NCBI GenBank assembly: GCA_963783655.1
Contig: CAWAOA010000011.1
Location: 490,659 to 554,658, forward strand
Length of the DNA: 64,000 nucleotides
Direction: 5' to 3'
Source of the DNA: an uncultured Chloroflexia bacterium
GTDB taxonomy: Bacteria > Chloroflexota > Anaerolineae > CG2-30-64-16
Shown piece after piece: positions 22,839-32,609 of the stretch; the stretch's first letter is position 1; each line of letters starts with the position of its first letter. The notes beneath the pieces were generated by a model. That model saw only the letters and a program-made list of their open reading frames with translations. It did not search any database and had not been told where the DNA came from. A program made the position numbers and the translations under genes.

Positions 22839-24920
22839 TTACAGCCGGCTCCCGATCTGGAAGACCAGGATCCCGGCGCCGAGGCTGAGCGCCAGCAGCA
22901 TCCCCAGCACCGCTGCCGTCCAGCGCCAGGAGCCGGTCTCGGTGCGAATGGCCGAGGTTGTCGCCAGGCACGGCACGAACAGCATGTACGCCACCAGGAA
23001 GGCGAGCCGCGCAGCCGGGGTCAGCACCATGGCTACCTGGGCGGCCATACCCCCGGCTCCCCCTTCGCCGAACAGGATGCCGAGGGTGGCGATCGCATTC
23101 TCCTTGGCCACAAAACTGGTGAGCAGCGCCACCAGCATGCGCCAGTCACCGATCCCCAGCAGCGCACCGAATGGCTCCATCGTGCGCCCGAAGGCCGCCA
23201 GCCAACTCCCGCCGACGTCGCCGCCCGGGAAGGTGGAGAGAGCCCACACCACCACCGAAGCGAGCAGGATCAGCGATCCCGCCTTGCGCAGGAAGCTCCA
23301 GGTGTTGTTCCAGACGTACATCCCGACTGTCCGCGCGTTGGGCACGTGGTAGAGCGGCATCTCCATGATGAAAGCCGTATGAGCGCCGCGGAAGACCCCG
23401 CGGTTCACTGCGATCCCGGCAATCCCGAGGATGCCCAGATTGGCCGCCACGATGCCCCACGAGACCAGCGTGGCCTGCGCCCCGAAGAATGCCGGCGCCA
23501 GGAACGCCAGCACCGCCAGCCGCGCCGTACACGGCACCAGCGGCGCGAGCATCGTGGTCAACAGGCGGGTGCGCCGCTCCTCGATGATGCGGGTGCCGAG
23601 CACTGCCGGTACGTTGCAGCCAAAGCCAAGGAAGAGGGGCAGGAATGACTTGCCGTGCAGCCCCATCAAGTGCATGAAGCGATCCATCACGTAGGCTGCG
23701 CGCGCCATGTAGCCCACGTCCTCCAGCAGACCGAGCATGGCGAAGAAGATCACCAGGATCGGCAGGAACGACAGCACCGTGCCCGCGCCCCCGATGACGC
23801 CGTCGGCCAGCAGCCCGCTGATCCAGCTCGGTGCGCCGGCCAGCGTGGTGCGGATCAGTGCTGCGGCGGGGTCGAGGATGGCTGCCGCCAGCCAATCCAC
23901 AACCGGCGTCGCCAGCGCGTACGTGACCCAGAAGACGCCGCCAAACATGGCCAGCAGCATCAGCAGGCCGACCAGCGGGTGCGTGGCAACGCGATCGATG
24001 CGGTCGGTGCGGGTGATGGCGCCGGCGCGCGGGCGGGTGACGGCGGCGCGCATCATGCGGCCGATCCATTCATAGCGCCCACCGGCGATATCGAGGTAAG
24101 CGTCCTCGTGGTGCAGCAAGATCGAGTGCACCGCCGCCCAGGCGTCAGCCGGCAGCGCCCGCTCCATCATGGCGGTGATCTCGGTATCGCCTTCCAACAG
24201 CTTGAGCGCCAACCAATCGGGCGGGTATCCCGCCGGTGCATGCTCCCCGATCAATTCCTGAACCGCCGCCAGCACGGGTGCGTGATCCGGCCGGATTGCG
24301 GGACGGTTTGCGTGGAATGCATCCGGGTTACGGGCCAGCTCGACGGCGGCCTGCACCAGCTCCCGGATTCCCTGGTTGCGCGTGGCTACCAGCGGCACCA
24401 CCGGTATTCCCAGGGCAGCGCCCAGCACGTGCGGCTCCACCTTGATGCCGTGCTGCTCGGCGACATCCAGCATGTTCAGGCCCAGGACGACAGGCTGCGG
24501 CAGCGACAGAAGCTCCGCGACCAGGTACAGGTTTCGCTCCAGCTCGGCCGCATTCACCACGACCAGCACGGCGTCCGGTCGCTCACGGATCACGTAATCG
24601 CGCGCGATCCGCTCCTCGACGCTGTTGGCCGTCAGGCTGTAGGTTCCCGGCAGATCGACGATGCCCACGGCTGCGCCGTCGTAGCGGAAGATCCCCGTCT
24701 TCTGCTCCACGGTCTTGCCCGGCCAGTTCCCCACGTGCTGGCTGAGTCCGGTGAGCATATTGAAGACGGTCGACTTGCCGACGTTGGGCTGCCCGATCAG
24801 CGCAATGGTAAGGTCGCGCGGCTCCAGCGCTGCGGCATCGTCTCCCGTCGTATGGCAGGAAGCCTGCAGCGGGATCACATTGCGACCGCGCGTAGGCGCC
24901 TGGACGGCGGCCTGGCTCAT
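22839..24920 (-). CDS. feoB: Ferrous iron transporter B
   Basis: 693 aa with N-terminal G-domain IALIGQPNVGKSTVFNMLTG ... DLPGTYSL, then a polytopic permease domain. Confidence 0.92.
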   Translation of the reverse strand: MSQAAVQAPTRGRNVIPLQASCHTTGDDAAALEPRDLTIALIGQPNVGKSTVFNMLTGLSQHVGNWPGKTVEQKTGIFRYDGAAVGIVDLPGTYSLTANSVEERIARDYVIRERPDAVLVVVNAAELERNLYLVAELLSLPQPVVLGLNMLDVAEQHGIKVEPHVLGAALGIPVVPLVATRNQGIRELVQAAVELARNPDAFHANRPAIRPDHAPVLAAVQELIGEHAPAGYPPDWLALKLLEGDTEITAMMERALPADAWAAVHSILLHHEDAYLDIAGGRYEWIGRMMRAAVTRPRAGAITRTDRIDRVATHPLVGLLMLLAMFGGVFWVTYALATPVVDWLAAAILDPAAALIRTTLAGAPSWISGLLADGVIGGAGTVLSFLPILVIFFAMLGLLEDVGYMARAAYVMDRFMHLMGLHGKSFLPLFLGFGCNVPAVLGTRIIEERRTRLLTTMLAPLVPCTARLAVLAFLAPAFFGAQATLVSWGIVAANLGILGIAGIAVNRGVFRGAHTAFIMEMPLYHVPNARTVGMYVWNNTWSFLRKAGSLILLASVVVWALSTFPGGDVGGSWLAAFGRTMEPFGALLGIGDWRMLVALLTSFVAKENAIATLGILFGEGGAGGMAAQVAMVLTPAARLAFLVAYMLFVPCLATTSAIRTETGSWRWTAAVLGMLLALSLGAGILVFQIGSRL

Positions 24921-25195
24921 CGCTCTTCGCCTCCGTTACCGTTTGTTTCGGGCCGCACCCACACCTGGCCGGCTTCGGCCCGGCCCAGCGCCACACGCGT
25001 CCCGCGCACCGACACGATCATCGGACCGTGCCCGTAGTTCTGGATTACCCTGATCTCCGCGCCGGCAGTAAACCCCAAATTGGCGACCCGGCTGCAAAAG
25101 GCACGCCCACCCTGCAGGAAGCAAACCACGCCTCCGCCGCCGGCGGGAAGTGCGCTCAACGCGCTGGTCAACTCCTCGTTGCGTAAATCCATCAA
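24917..25195 (-). CDS. feoA: FeoA-family protein
   Basis: 92 aa, SH3-like FeoA pattern (RVANLGFTAGAEIRVIQNYGHGPMIVSVRGTRVALGRAEA). 4-nt overlap with feoB. Confidence 0.8.
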   Translation of the reverse strand: MMDLRNEELTSALSALPAGGGGVVCFLQGGRAFCSRVANLGFTAGAEIRVIQNYGHGPMIVSVRGTRVALGRAEAGQVWVRPETNGNGGEER

Positions 25196-25675
25196 TCAGT
25201 CCTTTGTCGCTGGCTCTGCAGCCTCGGATCGCTCGCCGCGCGCACACTCCCGGCAGGTCCCATACAGGACGACCGATGCCTCAGCCACGGTGACCCCGCG
25301 CTGCCGTTCGACGTCATGCCTCAATCGTTCGACGGCAGGCGAGGAGAATTCGAGCACGGACCCGCACTGGCGGCAGATAAAATGGTGGTGTGACGTGAGG
25401 GCGGTGTGGTCGAAACGCTCGCGGCGGATCTCCTGCCGGTCTATGCCGAGGCGGCAGGGATTCACGAGCCCGGCCGATTCAAGCCAGTTGAGCGTGCGAT
25501 AGACGGTGGACTCGTTAATGGTGCTCATCGTGGTCGCGAGCCGCTACCAGGATCTCTTCGGCCGTCGGGTGCCCGCCCAGCTCCTCGAACGCGTGCAGGA
25601 TCAGGCGGCGCTGCGACGTCATGCGCCCGCCGGTCGCGCGGAGCTGCTCTTCGGCCTGCGCCACTAACGTGCTCA
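25196..25675 (-). CDS. fur: Fur-family transcriptional regulator (one frame change near ~25525)
   Basis: N-terminus MSTLVAQAEEQLRATGGRMTSQRRLILHAFEELGGHPTAEEI is in one frame. STVYRTLNWLESAGLV ... HHHFICRQCG ... YGTCRECA is in ORF 25196..25528. Confidence 0.75.
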
Positions 25676-25700
25676 TTCTTCCTCTCCCCCCGCCGGAGCT

Positions 25701-25741
25701 ACTGTACGTGCAACACCGGCTTATTGCAACTTGCTTGCAAC
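25701..25741 (-). promoter_or_regulatory. Candidate promoter/operator of the fur-feo operon
   Basis: On the minus strand: TTGCAA - 17 nt - TACAGT, ~25 nt upstream of the fur start. Three TGCAAC hexamers (25709, 25725, 25736) overlap it. Confidence 0.25.
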
Positions 25742-25831
25742 AATCTACACCCTGTCGCGCCCGTGTACTATGATCTACATCAAGTTCGGTGACGAATTTC
25801 GCGAAGTTGCCGCTGTGCGCCCCCGGAGCCC

Positions 25832-26052
25832 TTCGATGGGGGTTGAATGGCCGACGGGGCGTCCTTCGAGAACCTCAGGATGGTTGTGTTTGTTATGAGC
25901 ATCGATGTGAAGGGTTCCGTCCAGGGGTATCGGTAGTCTGTGGCGCCTATGTTTCGGGGTTCCTGGATCGTACCATGTTCATCGTTGTCAACCCCTAACA
26001 ACTCCATACTGAGGCTCTCGAAGGACGCCCGGTGCACCACCGAATTCGCATC
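25832..26052. repeat. Palindromic repeat family 1, copy D (diverged)
   Basis: ttcgatgggggttgaatggccgacggggcgtccttcgagaacctcaggatgg ... ctccatactgaggctctcgaaggacgcc. Colinear with copies B and C. Confidence 0.8.
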
Positions 26053-26106
26053 TCGGGCGCGGCTCAACATGCCCACCCTGAGCCGGGCCGAAGGAGGGCG
26101 TATTGT

Positions 26107-26246
26107 AGGTTTGGGGGCGATTTGTAGGATAACATGCCGATGTTGTCCGCGTGCCGGGCAGAGCAGGCTTGCTCGTTGCCCCATGGCGCTTTCTACCCCA
26201 CACCGGACAACATCGGCATGTTATCCTACAAATCGCCCCCAAACCT
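26107..26246. repeat. Perfect 43-bp inverted repeat with 54-nt spacer (family 4)
   Basis: aggtttgggggcgatttgtaggataacatgccgatgttgtccg (26107-26149) is the exact reverse complement of 26204-26246. Confidence 0.9.
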
Positions 26247-26352
26247 CGGATGCACCCGTCGAAGGATCATTCATTGACCGCCCGCGCCGTTTCGTGTTAC
26301 AACAGGCTGCGTCAGTTCTCAACCCTCATATTGGCTACGAGAGGTAACGGGC

Positions 26353-27652
26353 ATGCGAGTTGTGGCTGTGATCCTGGCAGGTGGAGCCGGTACGCGTTTG
26401 GGGGTTCTCTCCGACGTGCGCGCCAAGCCCGCGGTGGCGTTTGCCGGCAGGTATCGCATCATCGACTTCCCGCTCTCCAACTGCGTCAACTCGGGCATCT
26501 TCGACGTCGCGGTGCTGACCCAATACCAGCCGCACTCCCTCAACGAGCACATCGGGATCGGAAAGCCGTGGGACCTCGATCGCGCCCGCGGCGGGGTCCG
26601 GCTGCTCCAGCCCTACCAGGCGCGCGCCGGGCAGCAGTGGTACGGCGGCACCGCCGACGCCGTGCTGCGCAACCTCGATTATCTGCGCGAGCAGCGGGCC
26701 GACGCCGTCCTGGTGCTGTCGGGCGATCACATCTACAAGATGGATTACCGGCCCATGCTGCGCTATCACGAGGAGAAGGGCGCCGGACTCACCATCGCCG
26801 TGATGAACGTTCGCCCCGAGGAGACGTCGCGCTTCGGGATCATGCACACCGATGATCAGGGCCAGGTGATCGAGTTCCTGGAGAAGCCGGTAGAACGCGC
26901 CGAGCACCCTCGCCAACATGGGCGTCTACGTCTTCAACGCCGGCGTCTTAGAGGAGCGGCTACTCACGCTCAGCCAGGAGCATAAGGACCTCGACTTCGG
27001 CAAGCATCTCATCCCCAGCCTGATCGACACCGGCACGGTGTTCGCCTACCCGTTCGAGGGCTACTGGGTGGACGTCGGCACGATCGACGCGTACTGGCAG
27101 ACCAGCATGGAGCTGGTCACCGGCCAATCCCAACTCGACCTATATGACCCGGGCTGGGTCGTTCACACCCGCAGCCAGGAACGCGCCCCCGTCAAGGTGG
27201 GGCCGCAGGCCACCATTCACGAGAGCATGGTGTGCAACGGCTGCGTGGTGCGCGGCGAGGTTACCCGCAGCGTCCTGTCGCCGGGGGTCCACGTCTCGCC
27301 CGGCGCCGTGGTGCGGCACAGCGTCATCATGAACGATAGCTGGATCGGACCCGGCGCAGTGGTGGACCACTGCATCCTGGATCGCTTTGTGGTGGTGGGC
27401 GCAGGCGCGCAGGTAGGCCACGGGGATGATTTCGACACGCCGAACCAGGCGTGGCCGGACCGCTTCTACACCGGCATCACCGTCGCCGGCATCAGCGCCC
27501 GCATCCCCGGCGGGACGGTCATCGGGCGCAACGTGATCGTCGAGCCAGATGTGGATGAGGATGCCTTCGCTTCCTTCAACGGGCAGGTACCCAGCGGCAG
27601 CAATGTCATTTGTCCTGGCAACGTAGTCACAGGGAGAAGCGCCAATGTCTGA
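26353..27652 (+). CDS. glgC: Glucose-1-phosphate adenylyltransferase, catalytic subunit (one frame change near ~26900)
   Basis: [42 protein letters not shown] and GTADAV motifs. C-terminal left-handed beta-helix part in ORF 26918..27652. Confidence 0.85.
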
Positions 27653-28896
27653 GATGGCCTTGATCCTTGCGGGTGGCGAGAGCCCGGAGCTCAGCGTGCT
27701 TACGGCCCTGCGATCGGAAGGGGCAGTGCCGTTCGCCGGCAAATACCGCATCATCGACTTCACGCTGTCGAACTGTGTCAACTCCGATATCTTCAACGTG
27801 GCCGTACTCACCCAGTACCAGCCGCGCTCGCTAAACGAGCACATCGGCGTGGGCCGGCCCTGGGATCTCGATCGCAGCACCGGTGGGGTGCGCCTGCTGC
27901 AGCCGTACCAGCGCACCAAGGGGGAGCGCGGGGCCTGGCAGGAGGGCACGGCGGATGCGCTGCGCTTCAACCTGGATGCCATCCCTCAAAATGTGGAGGA
28001 CGTGCTCATCCTCGCCGGCGATCACATCTACAAGATGGATTACCGTCCCCTGATCCGCGTGCACCACGACCGCGAGGCGGACGTGACGCTGGCGGTGCGG
28101 ACGGTGCCTTCGTTCGAGGCGTCCCGCTTTGGCATCCTCAGCGCCGACGAGAACAACCGGGTCGTGAGCTACCAGGAGAAGCCTCGCCGCCCGCGCGGCA
28201 ACCTGGCCAGCATGGGGGTCTACGTCTTCCGCCGGGCGCTGCTGCAGGAATGGCTGACGACAGAACCGGGGCTCCACCAGCGGAACCTCGGGGGTGAGGT
28301 GATCCCGGCGCTGGTCGCGTCGCACCGCGCCTACACGTATCCCTTCCGCTCGTATTGGGCCGACATCGGCACGCTGCAGTCGTACTACGAGGCCAACATG
28401 GCGCTGCTCGCCGAGTCGCCGGCGCTGGACCTCTACGATCCGCAGTGGGTGATCCATACGCGCAGCGAGGAACGGGCGCCCGCGCTGCTGGGCCCCGAAT
28501 CGCACGTGGAAGAGGAATCTGCTGTGCGATGGGTGCCGCGTCGACGGCACGGTCATCCGCTCCATCATCGCACCGGGGGTCTACGTGGCTCCCGGCGCCA
28601 CCGTGCGCGATTCGATCCTGATGAATGATGCCGTCGTGGAAGAGGGCGCGGTCGTGGACAACGCCATCCTGGACAAGCGCGTGCGGGTGGGCGCCGGCAC
28701 CCGGCTGGGCGGCGGGCGCGATAACCGCGCCAACCTGCTTTGGCCGCAGCGGCTGGGCAGTGGCCTGACGGTCGTCGGGAAGGGCTCCGTGATCCCCCCG
28801 GGGATCCGGGTCGGCCGCAATGTGTGTATCGGGGCGCACGTCGAGCCGGAGGCGTTCACGTCGCCGGAAGTCCCCAGCGGCGAGTCGATTCTATAG
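27645..28896 (+). CDS. glgD: GlgD-like second ADP-glucose pyrophosphorylase subunit (one or two frame changes near ~28520-28585)
   Basis: Paralogous to glgC, but the G-x-G-x-R-L loop is replaced ([41 protein letters not shown]). 8-nt overlap with glgC. Confidence 0.65.
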
Positions 28897-28897
28897 C

Positions 28898-29689
28898 GTG
28901 TCGCTGTATCTTGCCGTAGCGCAGAAGTCGTTCCAGAAGCGGCTGGCGTATCGCGCCGCCAACCTCGCCGGCATCGTCACCAATACCTTCTTCGGCGCGT
29001 TTTACGTCGGCATCTTCACTGCGCTCTTCCAGGCACGCGGGCAGGTGTCCGGCCTCGACCTGCGCGACACCATCACGTACACGGTTATCACGCAATCGCT
29101 GCTGATGGTGATGTCCGCCTTCGGCAATCGCGAGCTCTCCGATGCGATCGTCAAAGGGGATATCGTGAGCGACATGAGCCGCCCGGTCAATTTCTACGGG
29201 CTCTGGGCCGGGCTCGAATTCGGCCGGGCCTTCTACTACCTGCTCTTTCGCGGGCTCCCCACCTTCGTGTTTGGCCTGCTGCTGTTCGGCGCACGGCTGC
29301 CGGCCACCCCGGTCCACGCCTTGCTGTTCGGCCTGGCGCTGGTGCTGGGGGTGGCGAGCAGTTTCGCCTTCCGCTTCATCCTGAACAGCCTCGCCTTCTG
29401 GACGAACGACGCGCGCGGGGTGATGTACGCCTCGAACACCGCCGTCATCTTCCTTTCGGGGATGCTCGTGCCGCTGAACTTCCTGCCCGACGGTGTGCGG
29501 GCCGTGCTCGAGCTGCTCCCGTTCCGCGCGATGGCGCATCTGCCGGTTGGGATATACCTGGGCAAGGTTGAGGGCGCGGCCCTGGTAGAGGCGGTCGCCC
29601 TCCAGCTAGGGTGGGTGCTGCTGATGGTGCTCGGCGGGCGTTTCATGGTGGGCCGTATGATGCGCAAGCTGGTGATCCATGGCGGGTAG
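28898..29689 (+). CDS. ABC-2-type transporter permease
   Basis: Six-TM-like hydrophobic ORF. GTG 28898 lies just after the glgD stop. First gene of a three-gene permease-permease-ATPase unit. Confidence 0.6.
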   Translation: MSLYLAVAQKSFQKRLAYRAANLAGIVTNTFFGAFYVGIFTALFQARGQVSGLDLRDTITYTVITQSLLMVMSAFGNRELSDAIVKGDIVSDMSRPVNFYGLWAGLEFGRAFYYLLFRGLPTFVFGLLLFGARLPATPVHALLFGLALVLGVASSFAFRFILNSLAFWTNDARGVMYASNTAVIFLSGMLVPLNFLPDGVRAVLELLPFRAMAHLPVGIYLGKVEGAALVEAVALQLGWVLLMVLGGRFMVGRMMRKLVIHGG

Positions 29690-29715
29690 CCTACCTGGCC
29701 GGCTGAGGCTGCTCG

Positions 29716-30495
29716 TTGCGGCTCGCGGGGGCGCAGTTGCGCTCGCAGATGCAGTATCGGGCGTCGTTCGTGATGGAAACGGTGGGCACGTTCATGATCA
29801 CCGGGCTCGACTTCATCATGATGGCGGTGCTGCTCACGCGCTTCGACTCGATCGCCGGCTGGAGCCTGGCGGAGGTCGCGTTCCTGTACGGTACCTCTAC
29901 CATTGCGCTGAGCATCTCCGAGCTGGTGGGCGGTGCGTGGGAAGACTTCGACGAGTGGGTCGTGCGCGGCAGCTTCGACCGCTTTCTGATTCGCCCCCTC
30001 GGCGTCTCCTTCCAGATGATCGCCGTGGGATTCCCGATCCGCCGGCTGGGACGGGTTGCACAGGGAGTCATTGCGCTCGCCTTTGCGTTTGGGTGGATCC
30101 GGCCTGACTGGGGAATCGAGCGCTGGCTCTTTTTCGGTGTCACGCTGGCGTCGGCCGCCGCTCTCTTCCTGGCAATCATCGTCGTGGGCGCTACCGCCAG
30201 CTTCTGGACCCCGCAGACGGCCGAGATCACCAACATCTTTACCTACGGCGGGCAGTTCATGACCAGCTACCCCATGAGCATCTACGAGGAGTGGATGCGT
30301 TCGCTCTTCACCTTCGTCGTGCCGTTGGCGCTGATCAACTACTATCCGGCGCTGTACCTGCTGAACAAGCCCGACCCCTTCGGCCTGCCCGGGTGGTTCC
30401 CGTTCCTGTCGGCGCCCGTGGCGGCGCTCGCGCTGTGGCTGGCGATGAGGCTGTGGCGGGTGGGTGTGCTGCATTACCAGAGCGTTGGGTCCTGA
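29716..30495 (+). CDS. ABC-2-type transporter permease (second)
   Basis: 259-aa polytopic ORF (QMQYRASFVMETVGTFMITGLDFIMMAVLL...). TTG start. Confidence 0.6.
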   Translation: MRLAGAQLRSQMQYRASFVMETVGTFMITGLDFIMMAVLLTRFDSIAGWSLAEVAFLYGTSTIALSISELVGGAWEDFDEWVVRGSFDRFLIRPLGVSFQMIAVGFPIRRLGRVAQGVIALAFAFGWIRPDWGIERWLFFGVTLASAAALFLAIIVVGATASFWTPQTAEITNIFTYGGQFMTSYPMSIYEEWMRSLFTFVVPLALINYYPALYLLNKPDPFGLPGWFPFLSAPVAALALWLAMRLWRVGVLHYQSVGS

Positions 30496-30503
30496 GGAGC
30501 AGT

Positions 30504-31490
30504 GTGATTCACGTCGCGGAGCTGCACAAGGATTTTCACGTGTACCGGCACCACCAGGGCGGCTGGGGCGCGCTGCGCAACCTGGTGACGCGGGAGCGGC
30601 GCACCGTCCGCGCCGTGGACGGCGTCAGCTTCGACGTGGCTCCCGGCGAGCTGCTCGGCTACCTGGGGCCGAACGGCGCCGGGAAATCCACCACCATCAA
30701 GATCCTCACCGGCATCCTGGTGCCGACTTCCGGCCGGGTGACGGTGGCCGGGCGGGTTCCCTGGGAACAGCGGGTGGAGCACGTCCGGCACATCGGGGTG
30801 GTGTTCGGGCAGCGCACCAGCCTGTGGTGGGACCTGCCGGTTGTCGAGTCGCTCGACCTGCTGCGGCACATCTACCGCGTGCCGGGCGACCTCTACCGGC
30901 GCAACCTGCGCCTGTTCGACGAGATGCTCGAGATTGGGCGCTTCCTCAACACGCCGGTGCGCAGCCTCAGCCTGGGCCAGCGCATGCGGGCCGATCTGGC
31001 CGGCGCGCTGCTGCACAATCCGCCGCTGCTGTTTCTGGACGAGCCCACCATCGGGCTGGATGTGGTCGCCAAGGAGCGCATCCGCCAGTTCATCCGTACG
31101 ATCAACCGCGAGCAGGGCACGACCGTGATCCTGACCACCCACGACCTCGGCGACGTGGAGAAGCTGTGCGAGCGCGTCATCATGATCGACCAGGGACGGG
31201 TGATGTTCGACGGCGCCCTGGCGGCGCTGCGGGCGCGCTTTGGCGGGGATCGTGTGCTGGTCGTCGATTTCGAGAACGCTCCATCGGATACGCTGCAGTT
31301 GAACGGCGCACGCGAGGTCAGCCGGGAAGGGAACCGCCTCTGGCTGGCCGTCCCGCACGGCCAGGGCGCGCTGCCCGGCTTGATCGCCACACTTTTCGCG
31401 AGCTACCAGATCCGCGATCTGTCTGTTCAGGAACCCGAGATCGAGGAAGTGGTGCGGCGGATTTACAGGGGAGAGGTGCAGGTGGGATGA
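30504..31490 (+). CDS. ABC transporter ATP-binding protein
   Basis: Walker A GPNGAGKSTTIKIL, signature LSLGQRMRADLAGAL, Walker B LLFLDEPTIGLD. GTG start 4 nt after AGGAG. Confidence 0.85.
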   Translation: MIHVAELHKDFHVYRHHQGGWGALRNLVTRERRTVRAVDGVSFDVAPGELLGYLGPNGAGKSTTIKILTGILVPTSGRVTVAGRVPWEQRVEHVRHIGVVFGQRTSLWWDLPVVESLDLLRHIYRVPGDLYRRNLRLFDEMLEIGRFLNTPVRSLSLGQRMRADLAGALLHNPPLLFLDEPTIGLDVVAKERIRQFIRTINREQGTTVILTTHDLGDVEKLCERVIMIDQGRVMFDGALAALRARFGGDRVLVVDFENAPSDTLQLNGAREVSREGNRLWLAVPHGQGALPGLIATLFASYQIRDLSVQEPEIEEVVRRIYRGEVQVG

Positions 31491-31612
31491 CCCCTGTTCT
31501 AGCGAAAGCTACGCCGCGGGCCCACTGGCCGCACGCCGTCCACCGCCGGTGGGACAGGTCTGACCTCACCACACAGAGCCTGCAGGGCAATTACCCCGGC
31601 AGTTCCGGGTAC

Positions 31613-31641
31613 TTGTTCCCGTATTGGGATCATGATAGAAT
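31613..31641 (+). promoter_or_regulatory. Candidate sigma70-type promoter of higBA (possibly leaderless)
   Basis: TTGTTC - 17 nt - TAGAAT. The -10 element ends 6 nt before the higB ATG at 31648, and no SD sequence intervenes. Confidence 0.3.
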
Positions 31642-31647
31642 TCTGCC

Positions 31648-31941
31648 ATGCGTGTGATTGCTCTTGGCGCGCTGCGCAGGTTCTGGGATCAGCATCCTGA
31701 TGCACGGCCTGCGTTGGAAGCGTGGTACTTCGACGCTAAGAGGGCAACCTGGAAGACTCCATCGGATATCAAGGATACCTATCGCAATGCCAGCTTCGTG
31801 GGCAGGAATCGCGTGGTATTCAATATCAAAGGAAATAACTACCGTTTGGTGGTAGCCGTGCAGTATGAGCACGGTATCGTCTACATCCGTTTCGTAGGTA
31901 CTCATCGCGAATATGATCGGATTGATGTAGAGACGGTATAA
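31648..31941 (+). CDS. higB: Type II toxin HigB-family (RelE-fold mRNA interferase)
   Basis: 97 aa: LRRFWDQHPDARPALEAWYFDAKRATWKTPSDIKDTYRNASFVGRNRVVFNIKGNNYRLVVAVQYEHGIVYIRFVGTHREYDRI, the typical HigB_toxin family sequence. Confidence 0.85.
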   Translation: MRVIALGALRRFWDQHPDARPALEAWYFDAKRATWKTPSDIKDTYRNASFVGRNRVVFNIKGNNYRLVVAVQYEHGIVYIRFVGTHREYDRIDVETV

Positions 31942-31954
31942 AAGGGGCAGGGAC

Positions 31955-32354
31955 ATGGAGACGGGAAAAGACACCGTATGTATCAGACCCATAAAGACGG
32001 ACCGCGACTATCGAGCCGCGCTGGCTGAGGTGGATCAGCTATTCGATGCCTCGCCCGATACACCTGCGGGGGATCGCCTGGATGTGCTCGTGGCGCTGAT
32101 CGAGGCCTATGAGGCCGGCCACTATCACATTCCACTGCCCGATCCCATTGCTGCTATCGAATACCACCTGGAAAGCCGCGGGTTGACCGCGTCGCGATCT
32201 GGAGCCTTATATCGGCACCCGAGCGCGCGTCTCCGAAGTGCTGCATCGCAAGCGGCCGCTGACTATCGAGATGATCCGGCGGCTCCATGCCGGTCTGGGG
32301 ATCCCGGCAGAGGTGCTAATCCAGCCGTACGATCTGTACAGCGCAGCGGCTTGA
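31955..32354 (+). CDS. higA: HigA-family antitoxin with C-terminal HTH (one frame change near ~32190)
   Basis: IRPIKTDRDYRAALAEVDQLFDA...IAAIEYHLESRGLT is in ORF 31955... The HTH part (RRDLEPYIGTRARVSEVLHRKRPLTIEMIRRLHAGLGIPAEVLIQPY) is in the next frame and ends at TGA 32352-32354. Confidence 0.75.
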
Positions 32355-32388
32355 TTTCTGGCCGCGATTCTGGCGTTCCGGGAACGTC

Positions 32389-32560
32389 TCAGTTGCTCGT
32401 GCAGAGCCCTTTCTGACTATCCTCTGACCATGCTCCGCGTGCCCGGCAGCCGCAAGTCCCCAGCCAGGGGTCGCGGCTGGTGAACAGCCCCAGCTCCGGT
32501 CGCAGGTAGCGCCCGCAGGTACACGAGCTCGGTCGCGGCGTCCCACCCCACCAGGCGGTG
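32389..32560 (-). pseudogene. RHS/YD core-tail fragment 4 (orphan, ~100 nt of homology)
   Basis: Encodes ...RYLRPELGLFTSRDPWLG... and aligns at nucleotide level with 33700-33800. No upstream YD repeats; short non-homologous tail. Confidence 0.7.
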
Positions 32561-32609
32561 CCGTCAGGTGAGCAGCGCGGGCGGGGCAAGCGAATCGCAC
32601 GCGCGGGGC

